Counted from the first letter of the stretch, positions 20,158 through 30,503 are shown. The stretch is DNA of 64,000 bases from Longimicrobiales bacterium (GCA_965202805.1 OZ241869.1:3328001-3392000), one strand, 5' to 3'. Notes: generated from the letters alone by a model not told the origin. Made by a program: numbers and translations.

Positions 20158-21360
20158 TCACTCCTGCTCCGGCTCGGGCAGCTTCGCCCACACCATCCAT
20201 CCCATGCAGAACACGGCGACCGCGCCGATGACCGTGTTGCCGGCGAATCCCAGGTTCGAGTAGGAGTACCCGGCCACCATCGCGCCCAGCGCGAACCCGA
20301 CCTGTCCGAGCGCGACCGTCAGGCTCATGAGGGAACCGCGCCGGCTGGCGGGCACGAGCGCGGTCAGGAGTGCCGAGTACGGGCTCGTGCGCATCGCGAT
20401 CAGCATCATCATCACGGCGTAGAGGGGATAGGCGACCCAGAGGCTGGTGATCAGCGGCACCGTCGCGAGCATGACCACCGAGAGCCCCAGGCAGGAAGAG
20501 ATCACCATCACCTTGCGGCCCACCCGGTCCGACAGCCTGCCCGCCTGGGGGCCCGCGATGACGTTGGCCACGCCCGCCACCAGGAACAGCGAGGCGATCT
20601 GTTCGGGGCTGGCGTCGTGGAAGGCCGCCAGCCAGGTGGGGAAGTAGACCACGAAGAGCGCGACCCCCAGCGACACGGTGCAGAAGGCGAGCGCGGCAAA
20701 GGCGATCTCCGGGCGGCGCAGCATGACGACATAGCTCGCGATCGCCCGGTTGACCGTCAGCCGCGAGCTCCGGCGCTTCACAGGGGGCTGCGGCACCCGC
20801 GTGTACACCAGCAGGAAGGTCAGCGCCATCATGACGCCGAAGAAGTAGAAGGGGCTGCGGAAGCCGAAATCGCCCGCGAGCAGGACGCCCACCGGAATGC
20901 CGATGATGAGGCCGACCGCCGATCCGCTCATGACCCAGCCCGTCGCCCATCCGCGCCGCCGGTAGGGGAAGTAGTCGCCGACGTAGGACACCGCGGCGCC
21001 GGACAGCACGCCGCCCGCGGCGCCCGCGAGCACGCGCACCACCAGGAACTCCAGATAGGAGTCCACGAAGGTGTGCAGGGCGAGCGCGCAGGTCATCGCC
21101 CCGGATCCGAGCAGCAGGATGCGGCGCCGCCCGACGCGGTCGGAAATCGGTCCGGAGATCACCGCCATGATCCCCACCATCAGGCTGTAGACCGTGACCA
21201 GGGTGCCCAGGAATGCATCGGCGATGCCCAGTTCTTCCCGGATCAGCGGCAGGATCGGGGCGATCACCATGGTCTGACTGCTCGCGGAGAAGACGAGCAG
21301 CCAGAGCGCGAAGACGATCAGGTATGGGTGTGCGGGTGCGTTCGGATCCTTCACGAACAA
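20158..21360 (-). CDS. MFS transporter
   Basis: About 12 hydrophobic segments; GPISDRVGRR and GRLSDRVGRK motif A copies. Confidence 0.92.
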   Translation of the reverse strand: MFVKDPNAPAHPYLIVFALWLLVFSASSQTMVIAPILPLIREELGIADAFLGTLVTVYSLMVGIMAVISGPISDRVGRRRILLLGSGAMTCALALHTFVDSYLEFLVVRVLAGAAGGVLSGAAVSYVGDYFPYRRRGWATGWVMSGSAVGLIIGIPVGVLLAGDFGFRSPFYFFGVMMALTFLLVYTRVPQPPVKRRSSRLTVNRAIASYVVMLRRPEIAFAALAFCTVSLGVALFVVYFPTWLAAFHDASPEQIASLFLVAGVANVIAGPQAGRLSDRVGRKVMVISSCLGLSVVMLATVPLITSLWVAYPLYAVMMMLIAMRTSPYSALLTALVPASRRGSLMSLTVALGQVGFALGAMVAGYSYSNLGFAGNTVIGAVAVFCMGWMVWAKLPEPEQE

Positions 21361-21520
21361 GGTCCGATCGGTCCCGCGCGCCCCGTCCCGGGTTTTCGAG
21401 GCGGATCGACCAATGGCGCGCCGGCGTCAGCTACGCGAACGCACGGCTCTCCCGGCGCCCGCCATGCCCCCCTCCGGACAATCACCCCGGGATGTCGTCG
21501 TCGCCCGGCGCCCGGAGCCG

Positions 21521-23254
21521 TCAGCTTCCCGGCGGCGCCGCCGCTCCCCCGTCCGGACTGCGCGGATCGGGCGCGCCGATGAACTCGCCGGTCGCCGGGT
21601 CTACCCCGATCGAGCTGGCGCGCCCCTGGCTGCCCCGCACCTGCACCTCGTGGCCCATCGCCTCCAGCGCCGCGACATCCGCATCCGCAACGCCGCCCTC
21701 CTCGACGCGCACGTTGTTCGGGAGCCACTGGTGATGGATCCGGGGCGCGGTCACCGCCTCCTCGATGGTCATGCCGTGGTCGACGATGTTGAGCACCAGC
21801 TGCATCACCGTATTGATGATGGTGCGCCCGCCCGGGGTCCCGATGACCGCCACCAGCTCTCCGTCGCGCGACAGCACGGAGGGGCTCATGCTCGAGAGCA
21901 TGCGCTGCTCGGGCCGCGCCAGGTTGGCCTCCGTCCCGATCAGTCCCCGCTCGTTGGTGAGGCCGGGCTTGCCGTTGAAGTCGCCCATCTCGTTGTTGAG
22001 GAGGAAGCCCGCTCCGGGCACGGTGATCTTGGAGCCGTAGCCCTGCTCCAGCGTGTAGGTGACCGAAACCGCCATGCCGTCGCGGTCCACGACCGAGTAG
22101 TGCGTGGTCTCGGTGCTCTCTTCCGCCATGACCAGCTGGGACGGCTCCGAATGGCCGGCCCGGTCGGCGGCGATCCCGCCCCGCAGCTCGTCCGCGTAGG
22201 CCTTGCTGGTCAGCCGCTCCAGCGGCACCTCGGCGAAATCGGTGTCGGCCAGGTGCTGGGCCCGGTCGCGGTACGCGAAGCGCATGGCCTCGGTGAGATG
22301 GTGGATGTAGGCCGCGGAATTGTGCCCCATCGACGCCATGTCGAAGCCTTCCAGGATGTTCAGCATCTGTACGATGGCGGTGCCGCCGCTCGAGGGAGGC
22401 GGCATCGAGACCAGGTCGTAGCCCCGGTAGGTCCCGCGGATGGGCGTTCGCTCCTGCGCCTCGTAGCGCGCCAGGTCCTCCTCGGTGATCATGCCCCCGC
22501 CGCGCTCCATCTCCTCCGCGAGGAGACGCGCGGTCTCGCCCGCGTAGAACCCGTCCCTGCCCTGGTCGCGGATGAGCCCGAGGGTGCGGGCGAGGTCCGG
22601 CTGCCGGAACAGCTCTCCCTCATCATAGGGAACGCCGTCCTTCGAGAACTGGGCGACGCTCGCGGGATAGGGCTCCATGCGCGAAAGCACGGAGGCCAGC
22701 GAACGCGCCAGCGCGGGGCTCAGCGGGAAGCCGTCGCCGGCCAGGCTCACCGCGGGCTCGACGAGGTCCGCCCAGGCCGTCCCGCCGCCGTAGCGCTCGT
22801 GGGCGAGAGCGAAGCCCGCCACGGTTCCCGGCACGCCGACCGCCAGATAGCTGCCGTGGTGGATGTCGAAGGAGTACTCGCCGTTCTCGTCCGTGAACAT
22901 CTCGGGATGCGCGGCGAGCGGCGCCTTCTCGCGGAAGTCGAGGGCGGTCGCGCCGCCGTCGGGACTCCGGATGACCATGAAGCCTCCGCCCCCGATGTTC
23001 CCGGCGGAGGGATGGACCACGGCCAGGGCGAAGCCGGTGGCGATGGCGGCGTCGACGGCGTTGCCTCCCGCGGCGAGCACGTCGGCGCCCACCTCGCTGG
23101 CGATGATGTTGGTGGACGACACCATGCCGTCGTGTGAGCGCAGGCCCAGGGTCGGGGGGGCGTCATCTCCCGTACGGGATGGCATTTCGCCCGCCTGACA
23201 GGCAGCCAGGGCCACGAGCAGCGGGAGCATCCAGCGCGACTTCGAACTCATCAT
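21521..23254 (-). CDS. ggt: Gamma-glutamyltransferase, lipoprotein
   Basis: GGNAVDAA, DFREKAP, ETTHYSV nucleophile Thr, LNNEMGDF, LSSMSP, GTPGG; LAAC lipobox. Confidence 0.95.
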   Translation of the reverse strand: MMSSKSRWMLPLLVALAACQAGEMPSRTGDDAPPTLGLRSHDGMVSSTNIIASEVGADVLAAGGNAVDAAIATGFALAVVHPSAGNIGGGGFMVIRSPDGGATALDFREKAPLAAHPEMFTDENGEYSFDIHHGSYLAVGVPGTVAGFALAHERYGGGTAWADLVEPAVSLAGDGFPLSPALARSLASVLSRMEPYPASVAQFSKDGVPYDEGELFRQPDLARTLGLIRDQGRDGFYAGETARLLAEEMERGGGMITEEDLARYEAQERTPIRGTYRGYDLVSMPPPSSGGTAIVQMLNILEGFDMASMGHNSAAYIHHLTEAMRFAYRDRAQHLADTDFAEVPLERLTSKAYADELRGGIAADRAGHSEPSQLVMAEESTETTHYSVVDRDGMAVSVTYTLEQGYGSKITVPGAGFLLNNEMGDFNGKPGLTNERGLIGTEANLARPEQRMLSSMSPSVLSRDGELVAVIGTPGGRTIINTVMQLVLNIVDHGMTIEEAVTAPRIHHQWLPNNVRVEEGGVADADVAALEAMGHEVQVRGSQGRASSIGVDPATGEFIGAPDPRSPDGGAAAPPGS

Positions 23255-23458
23255 CCGGCTCTCCAGGTATCGGTTCGGATTCGGACCCGGAATATGTACG
23301 GTCGGGCCGCCGAATCACCAGACCCGGAGCGCAAATCCCGGAACCAGCCGAGCCGGGTGCTGGTACAGATGGCGCGGGCGCGGCCCCATGGCGGTTGGCC
23401 CTGCGCCGCCCCGCGTCCAGCCCCTCACGAAATCCGCGCACGGAAGGGTCGGCCCGAG

Positions 23459-24214
23459 ATGACACCATGGGTCAGACGTCTGATCACCGCCAACGTGGCG
23501 GTTTTTCTGCTCCTTGCGGTCGCAGGGCCGCGGTCGGACGGCTTCTGGGCCCTCACGCTGGTGCCCCAGTTGGCCTTCCTGCGTCCATGGACGCTCCTCA
23601 CCTACATGTTCCTCCACGCCGGCTTCTGGCATCTCGCCCTCAACATGCTGGGGCTGTACTTCTTCGGTCCCCGGCTGGAGTTGCGCATGGGGTCGGCGCA
23701 CTTCCTCAGGCTCTACCTGTTCGGCGGTCTGGGGGGCGCGCTCTTCTCCTTCCTGCCCCCCATGGCGCCGGTGGTGGGCGCCTCGGGCGCCGTGTTCGCG
23801 GTCCTGCTGGGCTTCGCCCGCTACTGGCCCCGGGAGCCGGTCTACATCTGGGGCATCCTGCCCATCCGGGCGCGCTGGCTGATCCTCTTCCTCGCGGGCT
23901 TCAGCCTGTTCGCGGGCATCACCCAGGTAAACGACGGCGTGGCGCACTTCGCGCACCTGGGCGGTTTTGCCGGCGCACTGGTCTACCTCTGGGCCCGGGA
24001 GCGCCGCCGCCGGAGGGTGCGGCGGCGCATGCAGGGGGTGGTCAAGGCCCGGCCCGAAGCGGAGATGCGGCGCAAGTGGGAACTCATCCCGGTGGACGAG
24101 CTGCACGAGCTCAACCGCGCCGAAGTCATCGCGCTGCTCCGCAAGGTGCAGGCCTTCGGCGCGCGCAGCCTCACGGTGGACGAGCGCGCTTTTCTGGACC
24201 GCATGGTGCCCTGA
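23459..24214 (+). CDS. Rhomboid intramembrane serine protease with C-terminal DUF6576-like tail
   Basis: PWTLLTYMFLH, HLALNM, GASG, AHFAHLGG; tail LLRKVQAFGARSLTVDERAFL. Confidence 0.92.
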   Translation: MTPWVRRLITANVAVFLLLAVAGPRSDGFWALTLVPQLAFLRPWTLLTYMFLHAGFWHLALNMLGLYFFGPRLELRMGSAHFLRLYLFGGLGGALFSFLPPMAPVVGASGAVFAVLLGFARYWPREPVYIWGILPIRARWLILFLAGFSLFAGITQVNDGVAHFAHLGGFAGALVYLWARERRRRRVRRRMQGVVKARPEAEMRRKWELIPVDELHELNRAEVIALLRKVQAFGARSLTVDERAFLDRMVP

Positions 24215-24238
24215 CGCTATCCTGTCCCAAGATTCCAG

Positions 24239-24297
24239 GTCTGCCATTTTGGCAGACTTTCGCTCCCGCAGATGATGAATCTGCCATTTTGGCAGAC
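24239..24297. promoter_or_regulatory. Two copies of palindrome TCTGCCA-TTT-TGGCAGA, 40-bp period, upstream of amidohydrolase
   Basis: Read directly at 24239-24257 and 24280-24297; same motif at 44296-44314. Confidence 0.6.
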
Positions 24298-24350
24298 CTT
24301 CGGGTCGCCACCGTTTCATCCGGCTCTCTCCATCCTGCCCGGAGTTGCCC

Positions 24351-26084
24351 ATGAGCAAGCTGTCTCTCGTTGTTCCGCTCACGCGATCGGCGCTTCTGCC
24401 GGGCCTGGTGATCGCGGCCTGCGTGCCCGGTCCCGCCGAGTACGCGGATCTGGTGCTTACCGGAGGCAAGGTCGTGACCGTGGACGACGCCCTGCCGGAA
24501 GCGGAGGCGCTCGCGGTGACCGGGCACACCATCACGGCAGTGGGGACGAGCGAGGAGATCGGCGGATACGTCGGTCCCGCGACCGAGGTCGTCGAGCTCG
24601 GCGGCCGGCTGGTGATTCCCGGCTTCATCGAGGGGCACGGGCACTATATGAGCCTCGGCCGCGCGAAGATGATTCTCGACCTCACCACCGCCACCAGCTG
24701 GGACGACATCGTCCGGATGGTGGGGGACGCGGCCGCCCAGGCGCCGCCGGGTGAGTGGGTGACCGGACGCGGCTGGCACCAGGAGAAGTGGACCTCGACG
24801 CCAGAGCCGAACGTGGATGGCGTGCCGCTGCACGCCGCGCTCTCGGCGGCGAGCCCGGAGAATCCGGTCAGCCTGGAGCACGCCAGCGGCCACGCGGCCT
24901 TCGCCAACGCGCTGGCGATGGAGCTGGCCGGAATCGACGACAACACCCCCGATCCGCCGGGCGGCACCATCGTGCGCGATGCTTCCGGCGCCGCGACCGG
25001 TCTGTTGCGCGAGACCGCCCAGTTCCTGGTGGAAGACGCCATCGACCGTGCCGGCGAGGGGCGTTCGCCCGAGGACGTGGACGCCGAATTCAGGCGCGCG
25101 GTGCAGCTGGCCGGTGAGGAGGCGCTGGCCTTCGGGGTCACCTCCTTCCAGGACGCCGGGAGCGACTTCGAGACGATAGATCGCTTGCGCGCGATGGCGG
25201 TCGAGGGGACGCTGCCGGTGCGCCTCTACGTGATGGTGCGGCGTGAGTCGAACGAGGTCATGGACGAGAAGCTGCCCGACTATCGCATCATCCCCGAGGG
25301 CAACGACTTCCTCGCCGTGCGCTCCATCAAGCGCCAGATCGACGGGGCGCTGGGGTCGCACGGGGCCTGGCTGCTCGAGAACTACATCGACATCGACAAC
25401 ACCGGGCTGGTGCTGGAGACGGTGGAGGACATCACCGGCACCGCCGAGGTGGCCATCCGGCACGGCTACCAGGTGAACACACACGCGATCGGCGACCGCG
25501 CCAACCGGGAGGTGCTCGACATCTACGAGAGGGTCTTCGCGGCCAACTCCGACCGGACCGACCTGCGCTGGCGCATCGAGCACGCCCAGCACCTCGCCCC
25601 GACGGACGTGGGGCGGTTCGCGGAACTGGACGTGATCGCCTCGATGCAGGGCGTGCACGCCACCTCCGACGGTCCCTGGCTTCCCCTCCGCCTCGGGCTC
25701 GCGCGCGCCGTCGAAACCTCGTACGTGTGGCGTGACATCCTGGATGCCGGGGTCATGATCGCCAACGGCACGGATGTGCCGGTGGAACACATCTCTCCCA
25801 TCGCCAGCTTCTACTCATCGGTGAGCCGGCGCATGAACAACGGCGAGGTCCTCTCGGGCGAGCATCGCATGACGCGCGAAGAGGCGCTCGAGAGCTACAC
25901 CATCAACAACGCCTATGCCGCCTTCGAGGAGCACCTGAAGGGCTCGCTCACCCCCGGCAAGCTCGCCGACATCGTCGTCCTCTCGCGGGACATCATGACG
26001 ATCCCCGAGGAGGAGATCCCCGCCACCGAGGTCGTGTACACGATCGTCGGCGGCGAGGTGAGGTATTCGGGCCCGGAGGACTGA
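24351..26084 (+). CDS. Amidohydrolase 3 (YtcJ-like), probable lipoprotein
   Basis: PGFIEGHGH, HAIGDRAN, RIEHAQ, GTDVPV, GSLTPGKLADIVVL; IAAC lipobox. Confidence 0.92.
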   Translation: MSKLSLVVPLTRSALLPGLVIAACVPGPAEYADLVLTGGKVVTVDDALPEAEALAVTGHTITAVGTSEEIGGYVGPATEVVELGGRLVIPGFIEGHGHYMSLGRAKMILDLTTATSWDDIVRMVGDAAAQAPPGEWVTGRGWHQEKWTSTPEPNVDGVPLHAALSAASPENPVSLEHASGHAAFANALAMELAGIDDNTPDPPGGTIVRDASGAATGLLRETAQFLVEDAIDRAGEGRSPEDVDAEFRRAVQLAGEEALAFGVTSFQDAGSDFETIDRLRAMAVEGTLPVRLYVMVRRESNEVMDEKLPDYRIIPEGNDFLAVRSIKRQIDGALGSHGAWLLENYIDIDNTGLVLETVEDITGTAEVAIRHGYQVNTHAIGDRANREVLDIYERVFAANSDRTDLRWRIEHAQHLAPTDVGRFAELDVIASMQGVHATSDGPWLPLRLGLARAVETSYVWRDILDAGVMIANGTDVPVEHISPIASFYSSVSRRMNNGEVLSGEHRMTREEALESYTINNAYAAFEEHLKGSLTPGKLADIVVLSRDIMTIPEEEIPATEVVYTIVGGEVRYSGPED

Positions 26085-26097
26085 GGCGCGTTGAGCC

Positions 26098-26129
26098 TCA
26101 GGGGGGCGGAGGTCCACCGCCCGCTCTGA
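26098..26129. terminator. GC-rich hairpin between convergent genes
   Basis: tcaggggggcgg-aggtcca-ccgcccgctctga imperfect stem; no clear U-tract. Confidence 0.35.
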
Positions 26130-26318
26130 TGCCTGTCTCGTGGTTCACACCCAGCGCGCGCCTCCATCACCTCGTGCCGTCCTCTCTTTGATTTCTCGTA
26201 ATATGGGCTTGGATTTCTCGTATTAGGGAGTGCGCGAAGCACGCGGAGTGGGCCGAGGAGGAGGCACGGATCGCGGCCACGGCGTCGTGAATCGAGCGTC
26301 CCGCGGGGGAAGGGGAGA

Positions 26319-28904
26319 CTACGTCCCCGGCGCGGCCTCCGCGCCGCGGGCGCGGTAGATGGCGCGCGCCTCGTCGAACTGGGCGTACACGTGGTCCTTT
26401 TCGGCGTCCGAGCGCCAGCCGGGCCACAGCTCGGCCATCGTCTGAAGCTTGTCGATCCAGCGCAGCGCGTAGTCGGCGGCGCTGCGGCTGCGCACCGGGG
26501 CCCCGCCCACCGTGACCCACACGGGGTTGGTGAGCGCGAGGGGGTAGGAGGTGTCGAGCGGGAAGCGATCCTCGGGGTCGCCCTGGACGCGGACGTGAAT
26601 CCAGCTGCTCCGCTCCACCCGCACGGTGCGCTCCACCTCCAGCGAACGCCGGTCTCCCCCGAAGGGAATCTCCTCCACGACCTCGCCGTTCATCACGACG
26701 ACCGCCGTGCGCATGGGCACGATCCCCCAGGCCCGGACCGCCAGCGTGACCTCGCCTCCGCCGGCGGGCAGCGCCAGTTCCTCTCCCGGGATGCGGCCGT
26801 CGACCCTGACGTCGAGCAGGGGACCGCTGGAGACGAAGGCGTTGCCGGCGCGCATCCCGTCGAACCAGCCCTCCATCGACAACTTTCCGTCCGGCGTGCG
26901 CACGTAGGTGCGCATCGACCCCACCAGCGGGGTGGCCTGCAGATTGGAGATGGAGTCCTCGCCGCCGACCACCGTCGCCCGCACGTCGTTGCTCCACACG
27001 GCGTAGAGGGGCGGGTATCCGTCCTGAGGCGTGGACCACTCCACCGCGTCGGCGGCCTCCAGGGCGGCGTCGACGATGAACCCCTTGGCGCCTCCCAGCG
27101 TCCCCTCCAGTGGATCCCCGTTGTAGAAGGAGTGCACGTAGCCGGTGATCGCGCCCTGCGCCTTCGCCTTTCTGAACATGTCGGTGTTGGAGGGATAGAG
27201 GCTCTCGATGGCCGTCTGCTCGTAGCCGGTGACGAACGGGGAGATGAGGTGGTCGGTCATCCCGAACATGAAGACGTGTCCGTAGAAGGGCGGGCGGTAT
27301 TCCTGGCCCACCACCAGCACCATGTCGTCGCGGGAGAGGGGATGGGCGCCGCCCCCGGGTACGAAGAACTGGTGGTCCAGAATGCGGTTGTCCTTGTTGG
27401 CCACCTGCTCGGCCACCACGTCCTGGTCCTCGGCCTCCGACATCATCATGAGGTTCTCGAGGGTGTTGTGGAGGTTGCCGCCGTAGTTCATGTGGACGTG
27501 GGTGGAGCCCGAGTACCAGCCCTGGTCGCTCAGGTCCGAGATTTCCTCCAGGTGGACGCTGACGCGGTGGTTCTCGTTCGCCGCGATGTTCAGCTCGAAC
27601 TCCTGCGGCGCGTGCTCGAATCCTCGCGTCACCAGCATGTGCGCGGGCCCGGGAGGCAGCTCGACCTGGAACACGCCGGCGTGGTGGAAGATGCGGTCTC
27701 CGGCGCGGCTGACCCGCGAGTACTCCCCGGCGGGGGTGTAGTGCTTGCCGTCGGAGGCCGTGAGATGGACGCGGGCGCCGACAGGCTCGCCGTTCTGGCC
27801 CAGAGTCGTGACCGTGAGGGTGCCCATGGGCTCCCTCCAGCGGCGCTCCTCGATGGTTACCGTGCGGAGCGCCCCGCCGTAGGTCTCGAGCAGGGCGAGC
27901 TGGGGCAGCCCGCCCTCGTTGCTGATGAAGGCGATCCACTCGCCGTCCGGCGACCAGCGCGGGTGGAACGCGTCGTGCTCGAAGAAGGTGAGCTTGTAGG
28001 GCTCGCCGCCCGTCGTGGGCTGGACGTAGAGGTTGTTGAACTGGTCGGCCGCGCCCGCCGTGGACGAGTAGACGAAGCGGCGGCCGTCGAGGGACACGTC
28101 GGGCTGGGTGCGGTAGAGGCTCTGTTCCTCCAGCACCGCGACCCGCTCGTCGATGCCGTTCTCGCGCGCCGGAACGCGGTAGACGTTGCCGCTCCCGAGC
28201 GGCACATCGCGGTTGGAGACGATGATGAGCTCGTCGCCGGAGGGCAGCCATGCGGGCGAGATGTGCATGTCCCATGCCCCGAAGTAGAGGCGGTCCCGTC
28301 CGAAGGTGTTGTCGTAGCTGACCGCGATCTCCTCACCTGCCCAGGACCCGTCCGCGATCTCGCGGATGTAGACGTCGAAATAGCCGTTGGAGCGGGTGGA
28401 GACGTAGGCGAGGCGGCGGCCGTCGGGCGAGAAGCGCGGATCGACGTAGATCTGGTCGTCGTCGGTGAGCCTGCGGGTCTCGCCGGTGTGCGTGTCGAGG
28501 ATCTCCAGCTGGATGGGGCCGCCCCCCGCGTCGGCCGTGTAGACCAGCCAGCGCCCGTCCGGCGACCAGTTGGGGGAGGAGAGATAGTCCCCGGAGCGGG
28601 CCAGCTCGGTCGCGATCCCCGTGTCCGGGTCCACGCTCCAGATCGAGCCGCTCATGCCCACCGCGATCCGCTCGCCGTCCGGAGACCACGCCGGATACCA
28701 CGGGGTGGAGCTGGGGGCGGGGGGAAAGTAGAAGTTGTGCATGTAGTTGCCCCCGTGCGCGGCCGCGGCGTACTGGCGCTGGGCGCTGGCGGCCGAGGGC
28801 CCGGCCGCGGTCGCCAGCATGCTCAGGGCGGCGAGGGTGACGAACGCGCGGGAAGCGGTCGGGCGGGGGGCGGTGCGGCGGGGCGCAAGGGGGACCACGG
28901 ACAT
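26319..28904 (-). CDS. Exported TolB/PD40 beta-propeller + CehA/McbA-type PHP metallohydrolase
   Basis: Repeated P.WSPDG motifs; GWYSGSTHVH, GQEYR, GH, YVH, GGED; signal ending ASA. Confidence 0.82.
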   Translation of the reverse strand: MSVVPLAPRRTAPRPTASRAFVTLAALSMLATAAGPSAASAQRQYAAAAHGGNYMHNFYFPPAPSSTPWYPAWSPDGERIAVGMSGSIWSVDPDTGIATELARSGDYLSSPNWSPDGRWLVYTADAGGGPIQLEILDTHTGETRRLTDDDQIYVDPRFSPDGRRLAYVSTRSNGYFDVYIREIADGSWAGEEIAVSYDNTFGRDRLYFGAWDMHISPAWLPSGDELIIVSNRDVPLGSGNVYRVPARENGIDERVAVLEEQSLYRTQPDVSLDGRRFVYSSTAGAADQFNNLYVQPTTGGEPYKLTFFEHDAFHPRWSPDGEWIAFISNEGGLPQLALLETYGGALRTVTIEERRWREPMGTLTVTTLGQNGEPVGARVHLTASDGKHYTPAGEYSRVSRAGDRIFHHAGVFQVELPPGPAHMLVTRGFEHAPQEFELNIAANENHRVSVHLEEISDLSDQGWYSGSTHVHMNYGGNLHNTLENLMMMSEAEDQDVVAEQVANKDNRILDHQFFVPGGGAHPLSRDDMVLVVGQEYRPPFYGHVFMFGMTDHLISPFVTGYEQTAIESLYPSNTDMFRKAKAQGAITGYVHSFYNGDPLEGTLGGAKGFIVDAALEAADAVEWSTPQDGYPPLYAVWSNDVRATVVGGEDSISNLQATPLVGSMRTYVRTPDGKLSMEGWFDGMRAGNAFVSSGPLLDVRVDGRIPGEELALPAGGGEVTLAVRAWGIVPMRTAVVVMNGEVVEEIPFGGDRRSLEVERTVRVERSSWIHVRVQGDPEDRFPLDTSYPLALTNPVWVTVGGAPVRSRSAADYALRWIDKLQTMAELWPGWRSDAEKDHVYAQFDEARAIYRARGAEAAPGT

Positions 28905-29207
28905 CGGGGTTGCTCCTTGGGTTGTCGGTGGGTTCGCCGGGCGACCGTGCGTGGCTCGCGCGGACACGGCGTCCATGCCTCCGCCAGTGTAGGCAGCGGG
29001 CGCGCTGCGGGCTACCGGCCCGGCATCGCGGGCGGCTCCGCCAGAGCCCCGCGCGTCCGCGCCGCGCGGCGCCCGGCCTTCCGTGGTCACGGTCGCGGGA
29101 CCATCTTCCGCCTGCACCCGCGGCGTCGCCGGAGGAGCAGCGCGCGGCAGACGGCGTACGGCGCAAGGAAGAAGCGGGCCCTGTCCTCACCAACGAGGTG
29201 ATCGCCG

Positions 29208-30503
29208 GTGTCGAAACCGAGCGCGATGTGCCGAACGAGCCTGTTCCTGGCGGCCTCGCTGGCGGCATGCGCGGCCTGGCCGGCCCCGGCGGCGGAGGGG
29301 CAGGAGCCGGCTTCCGGGGATCAGGGACTCCCGGAGCCGGAGCCGGGCTCGGAACTGAGCGTGTCGCTCATTACCGTCGGCGCCGGACCCGTGGTCTACG
29401 AGATGTTCGGCCACAACGCCATCCGCATCCAGGATCCGGCCACGGGACTGGACGTCTCGTACAACTGGGGCATGTTCGACGTCAGCCAGGAGGGCTTCTT
29501 CTGGCGTTTTCTCCTGGGCGACTGGCAGTACTGGATGGCCGGCCTCTCCTCCGAGGGAATGATCGCGCACTATGTGGCCTCGGACCGCGGCGTCGTGGAA
29601 CAGGAGCTGGATCTGACCCCGGACCAGCGTCTCCAGCTGCTCGGGATCGTCGAACTCAATCGGCGCCCGGAGAACGCCTACTACCGGTACCAGTATTTCC
29701 TCGACAACTGCTCGACGCGTGCCCGGGACGCCCTCGACACGGTTCTGGGAGATAGCCTCCAGGCGCGCTTCGCGAACCTCCCCGGCGAGACGTTCCGCTT
29801 CCACACCCGGCGGCTCACGGCAGGCAATCCGCTCGTCTACGTGTCGCTCGACTTCTTCATGGGCGGCCGCGGCGATCGTCCCATCACCGCCTGGGACGAG
29901 ATGTTCATTCCGATGATGATGCGGGACTTCCTGCGCGAGACCGATGTTGTCACCTCCGAGGCCGTACTGGACGAGCCGGCCCACGTCCCCCCCGCCGAAC
30001 CGCCCCCGCGCTTCCTCTGGTTCGCCCTGACCGGGGTGATGCTGACAGGGTTGCTCGCGAGTTCGGCGTGGGTGGGCACCGCGGCGCGGGTCAAGGCCGG
30101 CAACCCGCGTGTCTCGGGACTCGCACGCGCGGGGTTCGTGCTGGTCGCTGGAATCTGGTCTCTCGGCGCGGGCCTGTCGGGGCTGGTGATGATCGTGTCA
30201 CACTTCACCAGCCACGAGTTCATGCACTGGAACGAGAACTTCCTCCAGGCCAACCCGCTGTCGCTGGTGCTCGCCGCCGCGCTGGTCCCGGCCGTCTTCG
30301 CCGACAGGTGGGGTCCCCTGGCGACCCGCACAGCGCTTCTGGCGGCCGGGGTGTCGATTTTGGGGCTCACGATGCAGGTTGTTCCCGGGATCGACCAGGT
30401 GAACGGATACCATCTTGTGGTGACGGTACCCGCGCACCTGGCGGTTGCGTGGGGCGTGAAGGCAATGGTGCCCGTCGACACGGAGCGGTCCGCGACAAAC
30501 TGA
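29208..30503 (+). CDS. DUF4105 / Lnb-like protein (permuted papain-like domain + C-terminal TM helices)
   Basis: FGHNAIRI, YNWGMFD, YRYQYFLDNCSTR; four C-terminal TM segments. Confidence 0.8.
   Translation: MSKPSAMCRTSLFLAASLAACAAWPAPAAEGQEPASGDQGLPEPEPGSELSVSLITVGAGPVVYEMFGHNAIRIQDPATGLDVSYNWGMFDVSQEGFFWRFLLGDWQYWMAGLSSEGMIAHYVASDRGVVEQELDLTPDQRLQLLGIVELNRRPENAYYRYQYFLDNCSTRARDALDTVLGDSLQARFANLPGETFRFHTRRLTAGNPLVYVSLDFFMGGRGDRPITAWDEMFIPMMMRDFLRETDVVTSEAVLDEPAHVPPAEPPPRFLWFALTGVMLTGLLASSAWVGTAARVKAGNPRVSGLARAGFVLVAGIWSLGAGLSGLVMIVSHFTSHEFMHWNENFLQANPLSLVLAAALVPAVFADRWGPLATRTALLAAGVSILGLTMQVVPGIDQVNGYHLVVTVPAHLAVAWGVKAMVPVDTERSATN

Noticed and set aside
24239..24297. Palindromic repeat pair as a mini CRISPR array
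   Set aside because: Only two short (18-19 bp) units with a ~22-bp gap and no cas genes; better explained as operators
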